DNA of 47,409 bases, taken from IMG/VR virus record IMGVR_UViG_3300029736_000011. The stretch is one strand, 5' to 3'. Of the stretch, positions 1 through 9,056 are shown in pieces (the first letter of the stretch is position 1; the number at the start of each line of letters is the position of its first letter). This DNA comes from a virus. Both the position numbers and the translations under genes were made by a program. The notes beneath the pieces were generated by a model, which was not told where the DNA came from, made no database searches, and saw only the letters and a program-made list of their open reading frames with translations.

Positions 1-99
1 CTGGTAATATTCGCCCGGTTCATCCCAGAGATTCACGAGATCGAGGCTCTGTGCGAAAAGACGCTCCGCTCCGCCGGAATGAAAGCCGTGGCCATCTAC
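1..99. repeat. Terminal overlap: bases 1-99 are identical to 47311-47409, indicating circular contig closure
   Basis: Read directly. ctggtaatattcgcccgg...gtggccatctac occurs at both ends of the window. The SNF2 reading frame is continuous across the junction. Confidence 0.95.
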
Positions 100-438
100 G
101 GCGACATCAAAAAAGAGGATCGCGGAGACATCGTCCAGCAGTTCCAGACCGACCCGAAGACCACGGTCTTCATCGGCCAGATCGACACCGCCGGTACCGG
201 CATCACCCTGACAGCGGCAGACACCTGTATTTTTTACAGCGTCAACTTCAACTTCGCCACCTATAGCCAGAGCTTGAGCCGGATACACCGCATCGGCCAG
301 CACCACCCATGCACCTACATCCACCTGCTGGCAGAGAAGACCATCGACGAAACGGTGCTCCAGGCCCTGCAGAAAAAAGAGGATCTCGCCAAAACCGTGG
401 TCGACGATTGGAGGCAGCTATTCAGCGAGGGGGGATGA
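1..438 (+). CDS. SNF2/DEAD-like helicase, C-terminal (HelicC) part; continuation of 46366..47409 across the circular junction
   Basis: Frame open from base 1, stop at 436-438. FIGQIDTAGTGITLTAADTCIFYS and SRIHRIGQ resemble helicase motifs V and VI. Confidence 0.85.
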   Translation: MVIFARFIPEIHEIEALCEKTLRSAGMKAVAIYGDIKKEDRGDIVQQFQTDPKTTVFIGQIDTAGTGITLTAADTCIFYSVNFNFATYSQSLSRIHRIGQHHPCTYIHLLAEKTIDETVLQALQKKEDLAKTVVDDWRQLFSEGG

Positions 439-441
439 ACA

Positions 442-645
442 ATGCCAAAAGAAAAAAAGACCCCAACCACCTGCACCCTGGGCATCCACCCCGGAGATCG
501 GAACGGAAAGTGCCCAGACCCGTCGGCCTGCGCCGACTGCGGGTGGCACCCGGAGGAAGCACGGGCCAGGGCCTGGGCGATCCGGGCCATTGGCCTGGAG
601 ACCGGCCCGGACGGCCTCCAGCGGCTGGTACTCCGCAGGAAGTAA
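442..645 (+). CDS. Hypothetical small Cys-containing protein
   Basis: ATG lies 4 nt after the helicase stop. 67 aa with CPDPSACADC. No family recognised. Confidence 0.5.
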   Translation: MPKEKKTPTTCTLGIHPGDRNGKCPDPSACADCGWHPEEARARAWAIRAIGLETGPDGLQRLVLRRK

Positions 646-768
646 GCGACAGCGGGTGCTCCGGGTGCCGATGGCGACCAGGCGGGAAAGAGGCAAGGCA
701 CCAGAAGTGCTCCTGCTGCCGCCGGAACAGTCACATGAAGGATAACTACGAAAAGGAGGGAACCACCC

Positions 769-951
769 ATGGAGGAACGGAAACTGTGCCCGTTCAAGAA
801 AACGGTTGATCGGGAGACTAACGGCTTCACCGGAAAACAGACCATGCATGAACGCTTCGAGGTCTGCGCCGGATTGCGGTGCATGGCCTATTCCAAAGGC
901 AAGTGCCAGCGCCTGAAGATGATGGAGCAGCCCATGGAGCGCAGGCGGTAA
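769..951 (+). CDS. Hypothetical small Cys-rich protein
   Basis: AAAAGGAGGG RBS upstream of the ATG. 60 aa with four Cys. No family recognised. Confidence 0.5.
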   Translation: MEERKLCPFKKTVDRETNGFTGKQTMHERFEVCAGLRCMAYSKGKCQRLKMMEQPMERRR

Positions 952-1020
952 GCACCGGCTCCGCACACCAGACTGACGGCCCACCAGGGCTTCAGAATTC
1001 AGCGAAAGGAATGAACGGCA

Positions 1021-1455
1021 ATGAGAACCCTGCTCGACATGGTCAAGGAATACCAGGCCCTCCTGGAGCGAAAGGATGAGCTGGCCACCTTGACCAAAGA
1101 AAACACCGCCGCCATCGAGGCGGCAAAGCTGGAGATCACCCAGCAGATGATCGACGATGACTGCCCCCGGATCTCCACCGGCGGCTACACCTTCACCCTC
1201 CAGAGCAAGACCGCCTACAGCAAGCGGTCGGAGGCGGAAATGGCAGAGACCGGAGCCGACTTCTTCAGCACCCTGCGGGAAGAAGGTCTCGGCGACATCA
1301 TCGTGGAGACGGTCAACGCCAGGACGCTCCAATCCACCATGAGCGCCTACGTGGAGGAACACGGGGAGCTTTCGGAGGCCCTGGAGGCTGTCATCAAGAC
1401 CTACGATTACAATGACGTGGCCCGTCGGAAAGAGGCCAGGAGGATGCAGAGATGA
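1021..1455 (+). CDS. Hypothetical coiled-coil protein of the replication/recombination module
   Basis: 144 aa with a heptad-like N-terminus. The stop overlaps the next start (ATGA). Confidence 0.6.
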   Translation: MRTLLDMVKEYQALLERKDELATLTKENTAAIEAAKLEITQQMIDDDCPRISTGGYTFTLQSKTAYSKRSEAEMAETGADFFSTLREEGLGDIIVETVNARTLQSTMSAYVEEHGELSEALEAVIKTYDYNDVARRKEARRMQR

Positions 1456-1925
1456 GAGAAGAATATGAGCAGCTGGAGCTGGACACCCGGAGGCAGCTCG
1501 ATAAGGCCATCGCCCAGCTGACGGAGGACACCGTCAAGACCGCCGGGGAGATGATCACCGCCTGCGGGGAGGCGCCCACCGCCGTCCGAAACCGCCATGA
1601 GGCCTTCGGCATTGCGGCAGAGCGGCTGGCCAAAATCAAAAAGGCCGTCAAGGCCATCGACGGGGACACGTCCATCCTGCTGGGGACGCTCCCCGACGCC
1701 AACTACCCAGCCATTGAGGCCGTCTCCAGCATTTGCAACAGCACCCTGGAGGCAGCGGCTACCATGATCGAGGCGGCAGCGGAGATGCGCCGTACCCTGC
1801 GCGACCTCTACGAGGCGGAGAACTCCGCCCGGAGCGAGGAAGTGACCCCCATGGAGGAATGGGCCAGCGCCGCCCAGTTCCAGGATGCAGACCCCACCGA
1901 TAACGATGAAACGGAGGATGAATAA
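1452..1925 (+). CDS. Hypothetical protein with an acidic C-terminal tail
   Basis: 157 aa, translationally coupled to the previous ORF. The C-terminus is DADPTDNDETEDE. Confidence 0.6.
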   Translation: MREEYEQLELDTRRQLDKAIAQLTEDTVKTAGEMITACGEAPTAVRNRHEAFGIAAERLAKIKKAVKAIDGDTSILLGTLPDANYPAIEAVSSICNSTLEAAATMIEAAAEMRRTLRDLYEAENSARSEEVTPMEEWASAAQFQDADPTDNDETEDE

Positions 1926-1927
1926 GC

Positions 1928-2860
1928 ATGGCCACGAAAAAGAATGAGACCGCCCTGGCGGTCGCCGACAACTTCCAGCTGATGAACCGGTACGAGGGCA
2001 TCGACCCAGAGCTTCTGGCGGAGCTGCAGGATGAGATGGATGACCTCGACCCCGAAAGCGGCATCACCTGCCTGAAGATCAAGATTCCCTCCGGCGGGGG
2101 CCTCGCCTACGAGGTGCAGACCGATGAGGAAGACGATGCCGAATACATGAAGCAGATCGACGGCGTGGTGATCTTCACCCACCGGGCCAACGGCTTCTGG
2201 CCGGGGGCCTACGGCTCCGGGGAGGATCAGAACCAGCCCCCCGCCTGCGCCAGCATGGACGGTAAGACCGCCATCTGGACGGACACCGGAGAGCTGCGCT
2301 CCTGCGAGGGATGCCCCTACAATGAGTACGGCTCCGGGGCCGACCAGACCGGAAAGCAGGGCCGGGGTAAGGCCTGCAAAAATATGCGCCGCCTCTACCT
2401 GATGATGAGCGGAGACCCGAACCTTTACCTCCTGACGGTTCCGCCCACCTCCATCAAGGACGTCAACCGGCAACTGGCAAAAATCCTGGCCGGAGGCGTC
2501 CCCTACACCGGCATGATCCTGCGCTTCACTCTGGAGAAAGCCACCAATGCCAATGGCGTCGCCTACAGCAAGGTGGTCATCAAAAAGGGCGGCATTCTCC
2601 CCGCAGCCATCGCTGCCCAGGCCATCGCCCTGCGCCGCCAGGTGAAGGAGCAGTACCAGAGCGTGGCCATCACCCTGGACGATTACACACCGGCCACAGA
2701 GCAGGCCCAGCCCCGCACCGCCAAGGGCGGCGTGGACGTATCCCACATGAGCGATGAGGAATGGGAGGCCCTCACCGGGGAGAAGACCTCCGACGCCAAC
2801 GCCCCCCAGTTCCAGGACGCCCCGGCCACCGGCGGCGATCCCGTCCTCCCCTTCGACTAA
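1928..2860 (+). CDS. Hypothetical replication-module protein with a Cys cluster
   Basis: 310 aa with a GGAGGA RBS. Contains CASMDG...CEGCPYNEYGS...GKACKN. Lies directly upstream of the primase/helicase. Confidence 0.7.
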   Translation: MATKKNETALAVADNFQLMNRYEGIDPELLAELQDEMDDLDPESGITCLKIKIPSGGGLAYEVQTDEEDDAEYMKQIDGVVIFTHRANGFWPGAYGSGEDQNQPPACASMDGKTAIWTDTGELRSCEGCPYNEYGSGADQTGKQGRGKACKNMRRLYLMMSGDPNLYLLTVPPTSIKDVNRQLAKILAGGVPYTGMILRFTLEKATNANGVAYSKVVIKKGGILPAAIAAQAIALRRQVKEQYQSVAITLDDYTPATEQAQPRTAKGGVDVSHMSDEEWEALTGEKTSDANAPQFQDAPATGGDPVLPFD

Positions 2861-2951
2861 GAGCGCCGGGGAGGGTGCTGTCCACCCGGCACCCTCCCCC
2901 TCCCCATGGAAAACTCCATGAAACTACAAGCAAAGGACAGGCGGTGATTTA

Positions 2952-5633
2952 ATGGCATCTTTGGACAGTGTAAACCTCGACCAAGTCGTGGACTACCGAG
3001 CGGAATACACCGCCGTCATTCAGAAATACAAGATCACAGGGGACAACCTGGTCGGACTCTGCCCATTCCACCAGGACAGGAACGACAGTTTCAGCGTTGA
3101 CCTGAAGACCGGGAAGTGGCACTGCTTTGCAGAGGATGAGGGCGGGAACTTCGTCACCTTCTGGGCGAAGTACCAGGGCATCGACACGAAAGAGGCCTAC
3201 AAGGAAATCCTGGCCCGGTACGGCATCACCCCGGAGCATGAGCGGCAGGCCCAGCAGACCAACGCCAGCGGCCTCGGCTCCTACACCTTGGAGCGGTACA
3301 GCTTCGACAAGCGCCTCCCGGCAGACTTCCTCCGAGACACCTGCAGGGTGGACACGGGGAGAGACCGGGACGGCACCGAATACCTGCGGATGCCCTATTA
3401 CTTCGAGGACGGCAAAGAAGCCGCCATTCGGAAGCGGTACGCGAAAAAGGAGTTTCGCTGGATGCGGGGCAGCAAGGGGAAGATATGCCTCTACGGGGAG
3501 TGGAAACTGCCGGGAATCAGGAAAGCCGGATACGCCGTCCTCGTTGAGGGAGAGAGCGACACCCAGACCCTCTGGTACCTGGGCATCCCCGCCATCGGCA
3601 TCGCCGGGGCCTCCATGTTCAAGGATCACCAGACCATGGGCCTGCAGGACTTGAAGCTCTACATCCACAAAGAGCCGGACGGCGGAGGCGACACCTTCTA
3701 CCGGAAGCTCACACACGCCCTGGCGGAGACCGGATTCACCGGGGAGGTTTACGTCTGGAGCTGCCAGAGCCTCGGCAAGAAAGACCCGTCCGACGTTTAC
3801 CTGGCCCATGGAAAAGAGGAAGCGGCCAAGCTGATCCGGGAGGCCCTGAAACGGGCAAAGGCAGTCGACCTGGAGGCAGAGATGCGCGAGGAACCCATCA
3901 CCGGCGCACCCCTCAGCCTGCGGACGCCGGAGGGCTGGATCTTTTCGGATAAGGGCATCAGCTGGATTGACCCAAAGACCCACACACCCGCCAATGTCTG
4001 CCGTACGCCCATCCTCCTGACCCAGCGGCTGAAAAGCCTGGAGACCGGAGACGAAAAGATGGAGGTCGCCTTCAAGCGTGACGGGGAGTGGCAGCGGGCC
4101 ATTTACCCCCGGTCGGTGATTTTCTCCAGCCGGAGCATCACCACCCTGGCGGACTTGGGCTGCACCATCACCAGCGAGAATTCGAAGAACGTGGTGAAGT
4201 TCCTGGGTGCTTTGGAGTCGGAGAACATCGACATCATCCCCAAAAACGACGCCACCTCCACCTTCGGCTGGCAACCAGGGCGGCGGTTCATCCCCGGCCA
4301 CGATGAGGGGATCACCCTAGACATTGACCCATCCCAGCGGGGCATGGCGGCAGCGTACTGCCAGAACGGCACCATGGAGCGGTGGATCGAGCACATGGCC
4401 CCTCACCGGAGCCGTGAGAAGTTCCGCTTCATCCTCGCCGCTAGCTTCGCCGCCCCGCTCCTTCGGATCGTGAAGCAGAGGATATTCTTCGTTTACAACT
4501 GGGGCGGCTCCAAGGGCGGCAAGACCGCCGCCCTGAAAGCGGCCCTCTCCGCCTGGGGAGACCCGGAGCGGCTCATGGTCAACTTCAACGCCACCCAGGT
4601 GGGCCTGGAGCGGACGGCGGCATTTTACTGCGACCTCCCGCTGGGCATCGACGAACGGCAGCTGGCCGGGAATAACCAGGGGGCGCTGGAGAAAATCGTC
4701 TACATGATCGCCAGCGGCACCGGCAAGATCCGGGGAGCCAAGAGCGGCGGCATCCAGACTGTCCACCAATGGAGAACCGTGGCCCTGGCCACGGGAGAGG
4801 AACCGCTCAGCACAGAGACCTCCCAGACCGGCGTCAGCACCCGTGTCCTGGAGATTTACGGCGGGCCGTTCGACAACGAACAGGACGCCGCCATCATGCA
4901 CCAGCAGGCGTCTATGGACTGCGGCTGGGCAGGCCCCGCCTTCATCGAGCACATCCTCCAGATGGATGAGCGGGAGATCGTAGAGCGGTACGAGGATATG
5001 CAGCGGTACATCCGGGACATCAGCCAGGGAAAGAACGGCTCCCACATCGCCGGGATCGCCGCCGTGGCCCTGGCAGACAGCTTCATCGACCAATGGTTCT
5101 TTGGGGGAGACCCCAGGGAGTCGGAGGCAGCGGCGAAGCGGATGGCAGCGAGCATCCTGGTCAACCAGGTGGAGGCCAACAGCACTGACGTCAACGAGAA
5201 CGCCGTCCAATTCATCGTGGACTGGGTGCTGGCCAACCGCTCCTACTTCGGCACCAACGCCATCGGCACCTGCCTCGGCTTTACCAGCGAGACCGGCAAC
5301 ACCGCCTACATCTTCCCGTCCATGCTGAACCAGGCCCTGACGAAAGCGGGGTACAGCCCCAGGAAGACCATGAAGTACATGGCGGAGCGAGACCTCATAG
5401 GGACGGACACTGATCGGAAGACCGGGAAAAAGCAGTACTCCGTCATAAAGTGGTTCGGAACCCGGAGCGCCCGCTTCGTGGAATTTTACATCGGCAAGGT
5501 GGCGGAGAACAAAGACGCCATCGACGACGCGGACGAACTCAACGATGGCAGAGACCTTCCAGAGGCATGGCGGCAGGAGTCCTTCGGCGGCTTCCGCGAG
5601 ATCGAGGGCGGTGACGAAGACCTCCCGTTTTGA
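2952..5633 (+). CDS. Bifunctional DNA primase/helicase (CHC2 zinc finger, Toprim, DUF927/P4-type NTPase)
   Basis: 893 aa. Motifs: CPFHQDRNDSFSVDLKTGKWHCF (CHC2), VLVEGESDTQTLW (Toprim), GGSKGGKT (Walker A). Confidence 0.9.
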   Translation: MASLDSVNLDQVVDYRAEYTAVIQKYKITGDNLVGLCPFHQDRNDSFSVDLKTGKWHCFAEDEGGNFVTFWAKYQGIDTKEAYKEILARYGITPEHERQAQQTNASGLGSYTLERYSFDKRLPADFLRDTCRVDTGRDRDGTEYLRMPYYFEDGKEAAIRKRYAKKEFRWMRGSKGKICLYGEWKLPGIRKAGYAVLVEGESDTQTLWYLGIPAIGIAGASMFKDHQTMGLQDLKLYIHKEPDGGGDTFYRKLTHALAETGFTGEVYVWSCQSLGKKDPSDVYLAHGKEEAAKLIREALKRAKAVDLEAEMREEPITGAPLSLRTPEGWIFSDKGISWIDPKTHTPANVCRTPILLTQRLKSLETGDEKMEVAFKRDGEWQRAIYPRSVIFSSRSITTLADLGCTITSENSKNVVKFLGALESENIDIIPKNDATSTFGWQPGRRFIPGHDEGITLDIDPSQRGMAAAYCQNGTMERWIEHMAPHRSREKFRFILAASFAAPLLRIVKQRIFFVYNWGGSKGGKTAALKAALSAWGDPERLMVNFNATQVGLERTAAFYCDLPLGIDERQLAGNNQGALEKIVYMIASGTGKIRGAKSGGIQTVHQWRTVALATGEEPLSTETSQTGVSTRVLEIYGGPFDNEQDAAIMHQQASMDCGWAGPAFIEHILQMDEREIVERYEDMQRYIRDISQGKNGSHIAGIAAVALADSFIDQWFFGGDPRESEAAAKRMAASILVNQVEANSTDVNENAVQFIVDWVLANRSYFGTNAIGTCLGFTSETGNTAYIFPSMLNQALTKAGYSPRKTMKYMAERDLIGTDTDRKTGKKQYSVIKWFGTRSARFVEFYIGKVAENKDAIDDADELNDGRDLPEAWRQESFGGFREIEGGDEDLPF

Positions 5634-5643
5634 CCCAAAACCA

Positions 5644-5932
5644 TACTCCTAAAAATAGGAGTAAGGTTAGGAGTAAGGTTAGGAGTAAGGCCGGAAACCC
5701 AAGTGCCACAAGGCTTTTGTGGAAAACATTACTCCTATTACTCCTAAAATCAGAAAAGATACCTTATTATTGCGTAAGTTTTCCACAACGCAGGAATCCT
5801 TGACTTATTGCAATAATTTTCAGAAATACGGTATGTATTCGCAGATTAGGAGTAAGGCGCAAGAAAATGGCCGAAAGCCCAGGCGTCCCAAGGCATTCAC
5901 GCCATACTCCTAATTTCAGAAATAGGCGTAAG
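5644..5932. repeat. Iteron cluster, putative phage origin of replication
   Basis: TTAGGAGTAAGG occurs three times in tandem (5656-5690) and once more at 5846-5857. There is a degenerate copy at 5922-5932. Inverted TTACTCCTA copies lie at 5729-5746, with TACTCCTA at 5644-5651 and 5904-5911. Palindrome TACTCCTAAAAATAGGAGTA at 5644-5663. The tract is AT-rich and sits directly after the primase/helicase. Confidence 0.6.
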
Positions 5933-5961
5933 GTTGACCGAAAAGGAGGGAATGCAAAGCG

Positions 5962-6540
5962 ATGACCGACGCAGAATGGATTGCAAAGTTAGACGCAGAA
6001 TTCAGTAAGCTCCAGAGGAATCGACGGCAGGTGCCATTGGAGCGGCTGGAGACCACCTACGCCAAAAGCTACAAGGCCCTGATCAGCAGGCTCACCGAAG
6101 CAGCTGACTGGTTCGCCGACCGATACCTTCAGACCTTGACGGAGCACTGGCCCAGGCACCCGAAAGACGCCGCCGGGAACGGATGGCTGGATCAAAAGGT
6201 CGCAGCCATCATCGAGGAAGAAAACCAGGCCGGAGGGCTGCGGGACAAATGGAGACTGGCCCTGGTGGCACACCTCGACCGGGATGAATTCGAGCAGCTG
6301 GTATACGAGCGATACGCCAGATGCGAGCAGGAGGCATTCGACCCCTACTGGCAGCGCCACAACCGCTGGACGGGAGAGCCGGGGAACCGCTGGATCTATA
6401 ACGACATCATACGCCGGTTCTGGCTTCCCCCAGGGAGGAATCAAAGATTCCCAGACGGGGCCTGGATCGACAGCAGCTACCAGGTCTACACAAGCAGCTG
6501 GCCACCGACCATCGGAGCAGACCCAACAACGGAAGAATGA
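5962..6540 (+). CDS. Hypothetical protein
   Basis: 192 aa. AAAGGAGGG RBS about 11 nt upstream. No family recognised. Confidence 0.65.
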   Translation: MTDAEWIAKLDAEFSKLQRNRRQVPLERLETTYAKSYKALISRLTEAADWFADRYLQTLTEHWPRHPKDAAGNGWLDQKVAAIIEEENQAGGLRDKWRLALVAHLDRDEFEQLVYERYARCEQEAFDPYWQRHNRWTGEPGNRWIYNDIIRRFWLPPGRNQRFPDGAWIDSSYQVYTSSWPPTIGADPTTEE

Positions 6541-6559
6541 ACAGAAAGGACGGAACGGA

Positions 6560-7318
6560 ATGAACAGAGAAGCCAATATCGCCCGATTCGAAGCGGAGCT
6601 GGGCAAGGTGCAGCGCCCCGGAATGGACAAGCTCCTGGGATACATCCGCCACAGCGACTTCTACACGGCCCCGGCCAGCACGAAGTACCACCTCTCCTGC
6701 GAAGGAGGCCTCCTTCAGCACAGCCTTAATGTGCTGGACGCCCTCAAGAGCATCCTCACCATGAGCATGGATATGGCGGAGACCACATCCCCCTGCCACT
6801 ATGAGCTTCGGATCTCCGGAAAAACCGCAGACAACATCCCGCAGGACAGCGTGATTATTACTGCGCTGCTCCACGATATCTGCAAGACATACTTCTACTC
6901 CACCAGCACCCGGAACTCCAAAAACGAGAAGACCGGCAAGTGGGAAAAGGTTCCCTTCTACACCATCGATGACAAGATGCCTCTGGGCCACGGCTCCAAG
7001 AGCGCCATGATCATCAAGCAGTACATCGACCTCTCCGGCCCGGAGATGTACGCCATCTGGCATCACATGGGCTTCAACGGCGACTACGAAAACAACGCAG
7101 CCGTCGGAGCCGCCTTCGAGAAGTACCCTCTGGCGCTGGCCCTCCACACGGCAGACATGATCGCCAGCCGCATCATGGAGGCGGAGAAGGACAACAAGCC
7201 AAACTTCATCTTCGCGGACGCTCAGGCGAGCAGACCCGCCGGAGAGTGCGCCGATGCACCGGCAAGCGGTGAGCCGGTATTCCAGGAAGCTCCTCCCCTG
7301 GCCAGCGAAGGAGCGTGA
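6560..7318 (+). CDS. HD-domain metal-dependent phosphohydrolase
   Basis: Contains KYHL...LLQHS and ALLHDICK (HD motif), then GHGSKS. The start was trimmed from the 6284 track ORF to ATG 6560, because the upstream part overlaps 5962..6540. Confidence 0.8.
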   Translation: MNREANIARFEAELGKVQRPGMDKLLGYIRHSDFYTAPASTKYHLSCEGGLLQHSLNVLDALKSILTMSMDMAETTSPCHYELRISGKTADNIPQDSVIITALLHDICKTYFYSTSTRNSKNEKTGKWEKVPFYTIDDKMPLGHGSKSAMIIKQYIDLSGPEMYAIWHHMGFNGDYENNAAVGAAFEKYPLALALHTADMIASRIMEAEKDNKPNFIFADAQASRPAGECADAPASGEPVFQEAPPLASEGA

Positions 7319-7322
7319 CACC

Positions 7323-7505
7323 ATGAGCGGCAAGGAATACGACACCATGGTCTGCACAGCGGTCAGGAACAACCCATATGCCTTTGTTGATGCGCTGATC
7401 GAGGAAGCCCGGAGGGCCGAAAACAGAGGCCTGGAACCTCTGCTCCGCGAAGCCGCCTGCGTGATCGCCAACCTTCTGGAGAGGCAGGGCGGCAGAATTG
7501 AGTGA
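7323..7505 (+). CDS. Hypothetical protein
   Basis: 60 aa counted from the internal ATG just after the HD-gene stop. No family recognised. Confidence 0.5.
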   Translation: MSGKEYDTMVCTAVRNNPYAFVDALIEEARRAENRGLEPLLREAACVIANLLERQGGRIE

Positions 7506-7523
7506 CTCAGGCCCCCAGCATCA

Positions 7524-7709
7524 ATGGACATAGCCGGAAAGGAGTGGACAAGGATGGACAATAGCAACGAAAAATGCTGCGGCACCTGTAGGTGGCACCA
7601 GCATGAGAATATCACGGATGGATGGGTGTGCGTGAACGGAGACAGCGAATATTGTACCGACTTCACCGATTACGAGCATACCTGCCCCGATTGGGAGGGC
7701 CGGAGATGA
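7524..7709 (+). CDS. Hypothetical Cys-rich small protein
   Basis: 61 aa with CCGTC...C...C...C. The stop overlaps the next start. Confidence 0.5.
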   Translation: MDIAGKEWTRMDNSNEKCCGTCRWHQHENITDGWVCVNGDSEYCTDFTDYEHTCPDWEGRR

Positions 7710-8032
7710 CAGGAAAGCCCACCCCCCGGAAAGAGAGCTACTACCAGGCCAAAATCATCAAGTGGATGAAGGAGGAATACCCGGCAGCATTCATCTGGAA
7801 AGCCCAGCAGGGGCCGTACAGCAGGCAGGGAATCCCGGATATTTGCGCCATCATTGACGGCCACTATTTCGGATTCGAGGTCAAAAGACCGGAGGGCGGC
7901 GAACTTTCGCCGGTTCAGGCCCAGACCATCAAGCAGATCAACGCCGCCGGAGGCACGGCCCTCGTGGTCAGCTTCCCGGCCCAGGTGCAGGAGGCGATAG
8001 AAAAATGGCAGGCAAAAAACAGAACCCACTGA
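7706..8032 (+). CDS. VRR-NUC domain nuclease
   Basis: GIPDICAIIDGHYFGFEVKRPEGGELSPVQ matches the PD-(D/E)xK VRR-NUC core. The start was set to ATG 7706. Confidence 0.8.
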   Translation: MTGKPTPRKESYYQAKIIKWMKEEYPAAFIWKAQQGPYSRQGIPDICAIIDGHYFGFEVKRPEGGELSPVQAQTIKQINAAGGTALVVSFPAQVQEAIEKWQAKNRTH

Positions 8033-8226
8033 TTCAGGACATGATAGGTGCCATCGGATCGCTGGCGGAAATGGCCCATGTTTTCTACATGGGCATGAAG
8101 GGGGTCGGGGCCTCGGAGGCGGAGGCCATCCATGGGATGCAGGGCTTCATCTTCGCCGTGTGGCACGAATCCTCAGAAGACGCCAGAGAGAAAAGGAGAC
8201 GCAATGAGCAAGAAAAACCGGAGTAA
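8005..8226 (+). CDS. Hypothetical protein
   Basis: 73 aa. Overlaps the VRR-NUC 3' end by 28 nt. No family recognised. Confidence 0.45.
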   Translation: MAGKKQNPLIQDMIGAIGSLAEMAHVFYMGMKGVGASEAEAIHGMQGFIFAVWHESSEDAREKRRRNEQEKPE

Positions 8227-8515
8227 AAAAAGGCTGCGGCTACCGGGCAAAAAAAATCCGCCGGTCAGAAGCTCGGAGGCGTCGGAGGCGATGGAAGAAC
8301 TCAAGGCCCTTCCAACCTTTGCCCTCGTGGCCACCATGAACGCGATCACCAATGTCCTCCGCCAGAGGGGGCAGGAGATCCGGGACTGGGATCAGCGGGA
8401 CAAGGCCATCTACAAATTCAGCGTCCTGGGCGGCAAGGTCTACGCCCTGGCACCGCGCAGCAGACCATCGGAGGTATCAACCAATGGCAGCGGAGTTCAG
8501 AAATCGGGAGGATGA
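8204..8515 (+). CDS. Hypothetical basic protein
   Basis: AAAAGGAG RBS and ATG 8204. The N-terminus is Lys/Arg-rich ([17 protein letters not shown]). Confidence 0.55.
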   Translation: MSKKNRSKKRLRLPGKKNPPVRSSEASEAMEELKALPTFALVATMNAITNVLRQRGQEIRDWDQRDKAIYKFSVLGGKVYALAPRSRPSEVSTNGSGVQKSGG

Positions 8516-8930
8516 GCGAACCTCACTCAAGCTCTATCTCACCCGTTTTTACAAGGCGAAAAAGAGGCAGGCAATTTTAACAGATCGCCTGCGTCAGCTT
8601 CGCTGCGATCTTCGGAGCCATGACGCAAGGGATATTTCGGAGGTGGAGATTCGAATCGAAAAACAGGCCCGGAAAGCGGAGCGCATTATTCTGGAAATCA
8701 TGGATGTTATAGACCTGCTGCCGGAAGAGTCCACGGAGCGAATGATCCTGGAGCTACGGCACATTGACTGCAAGGCTTGGATCGAAATCCAGAGAACCGT
8801 CCATCTGACCCGCACCCCCTGCTACGATTATTACAACCGGGCCTTGGATTTTTTACTCGACACCCAGGAAGTACAAGCCGCCCTCTCAAGGTTCAGGGCT
8901 TTTTCCAGTGGAAAAAACAAGGGTCTTTAG
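8484..8930 (+). CDS. Putative late-gene transcriptional regulator (sigma-70 region-4 / ArpU-RinA-like HTH)
   Basis: GGAGG RBS 9 nt upstream of ATG 8484. [37 protein letters not shown] resembles a region-4 HTH. It is the last gene before the packaging module. Confidence 0.55.
   Translation: MAAEFRNREDERTSLKLYLTRFYKAKKRQAILTDRLRQLRCDLRSHDARDISEVEIRIEKQARKAERIILEIMDVIDLLPEESTERMILELRHIDCKAWIEIQRTVHLTRTPCYDYYNRALDFLLDTQEVQAALSRFRAFSSGKNKGL
8900..8917. repeat. Palindrome TTTTTCCAGTGGAAAAAA (copy 1 of 2)
   Basis: 8-bp arms around a central G, inside the 3' end of 8484..8930. A near-identical palindrome lies at 38194-38212. Confidence 0.8.
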
Positions 8931-9017
8931 AGGCAGGGCGGGAAAAGATACCACCAAAAAACCACACGCTTGTAGGGTCTTGTACGGGGCCACACGGGGG
9001 CATATCCCAGGGAGACA

Positions 9018-9056
9018 CCGGGGGCTGAGCATAGGAATCAGCCCCCGGCTTTTGTT
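9018..9056 (+). terminator. Rho-independent terminator after the early operon
   Basis: 11-bp stem CCGGGGGCTGA/TCAGCCCCCGG, 9-nt loop, followed by CTTTTGTT. Confidence 0.7.

Noticed and set aside
1-99. Terminal repeat interpreted as a genuine phage DTR or an element LTR
   Set aside because: A gene reads through the junction in frame. The length equals a typical assembler k-mer. The terminase type predicts cos ends.
2949-4301. 450-aa minus-strand ORF antisense to the primase/helicase
   Set aside because: Its composition is low-complexity and rich in Gly, Ala, Pro, Val and Arg, which is typical of antisense frames in GC-rich DNA. It has no RBS. It is fully covered by a + strand gene with clear primase motifs.
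5656-5690. Tandem 12-bp repeats considered as a possible CRISPR or minisatellite array
   Set aside because: The repeats abut each other with no spacers and are far shorter than CRISPR repeats. Inverted copies nearby fit iterons.
5719-5913. 64-aa ORF inside the iteron region
   Set aside because: It has no RBS and is built largely from the iteron repeats. The region is better explained as an origin.
6284-6559. 5' extension of the HD-domain ORF (the track ORF starts at 6284)
   Set aside because: The extension overlaps 5962..6540 in another frame and translates to low-complexity sequence. The HD-family sequence begins near ATG 6560.
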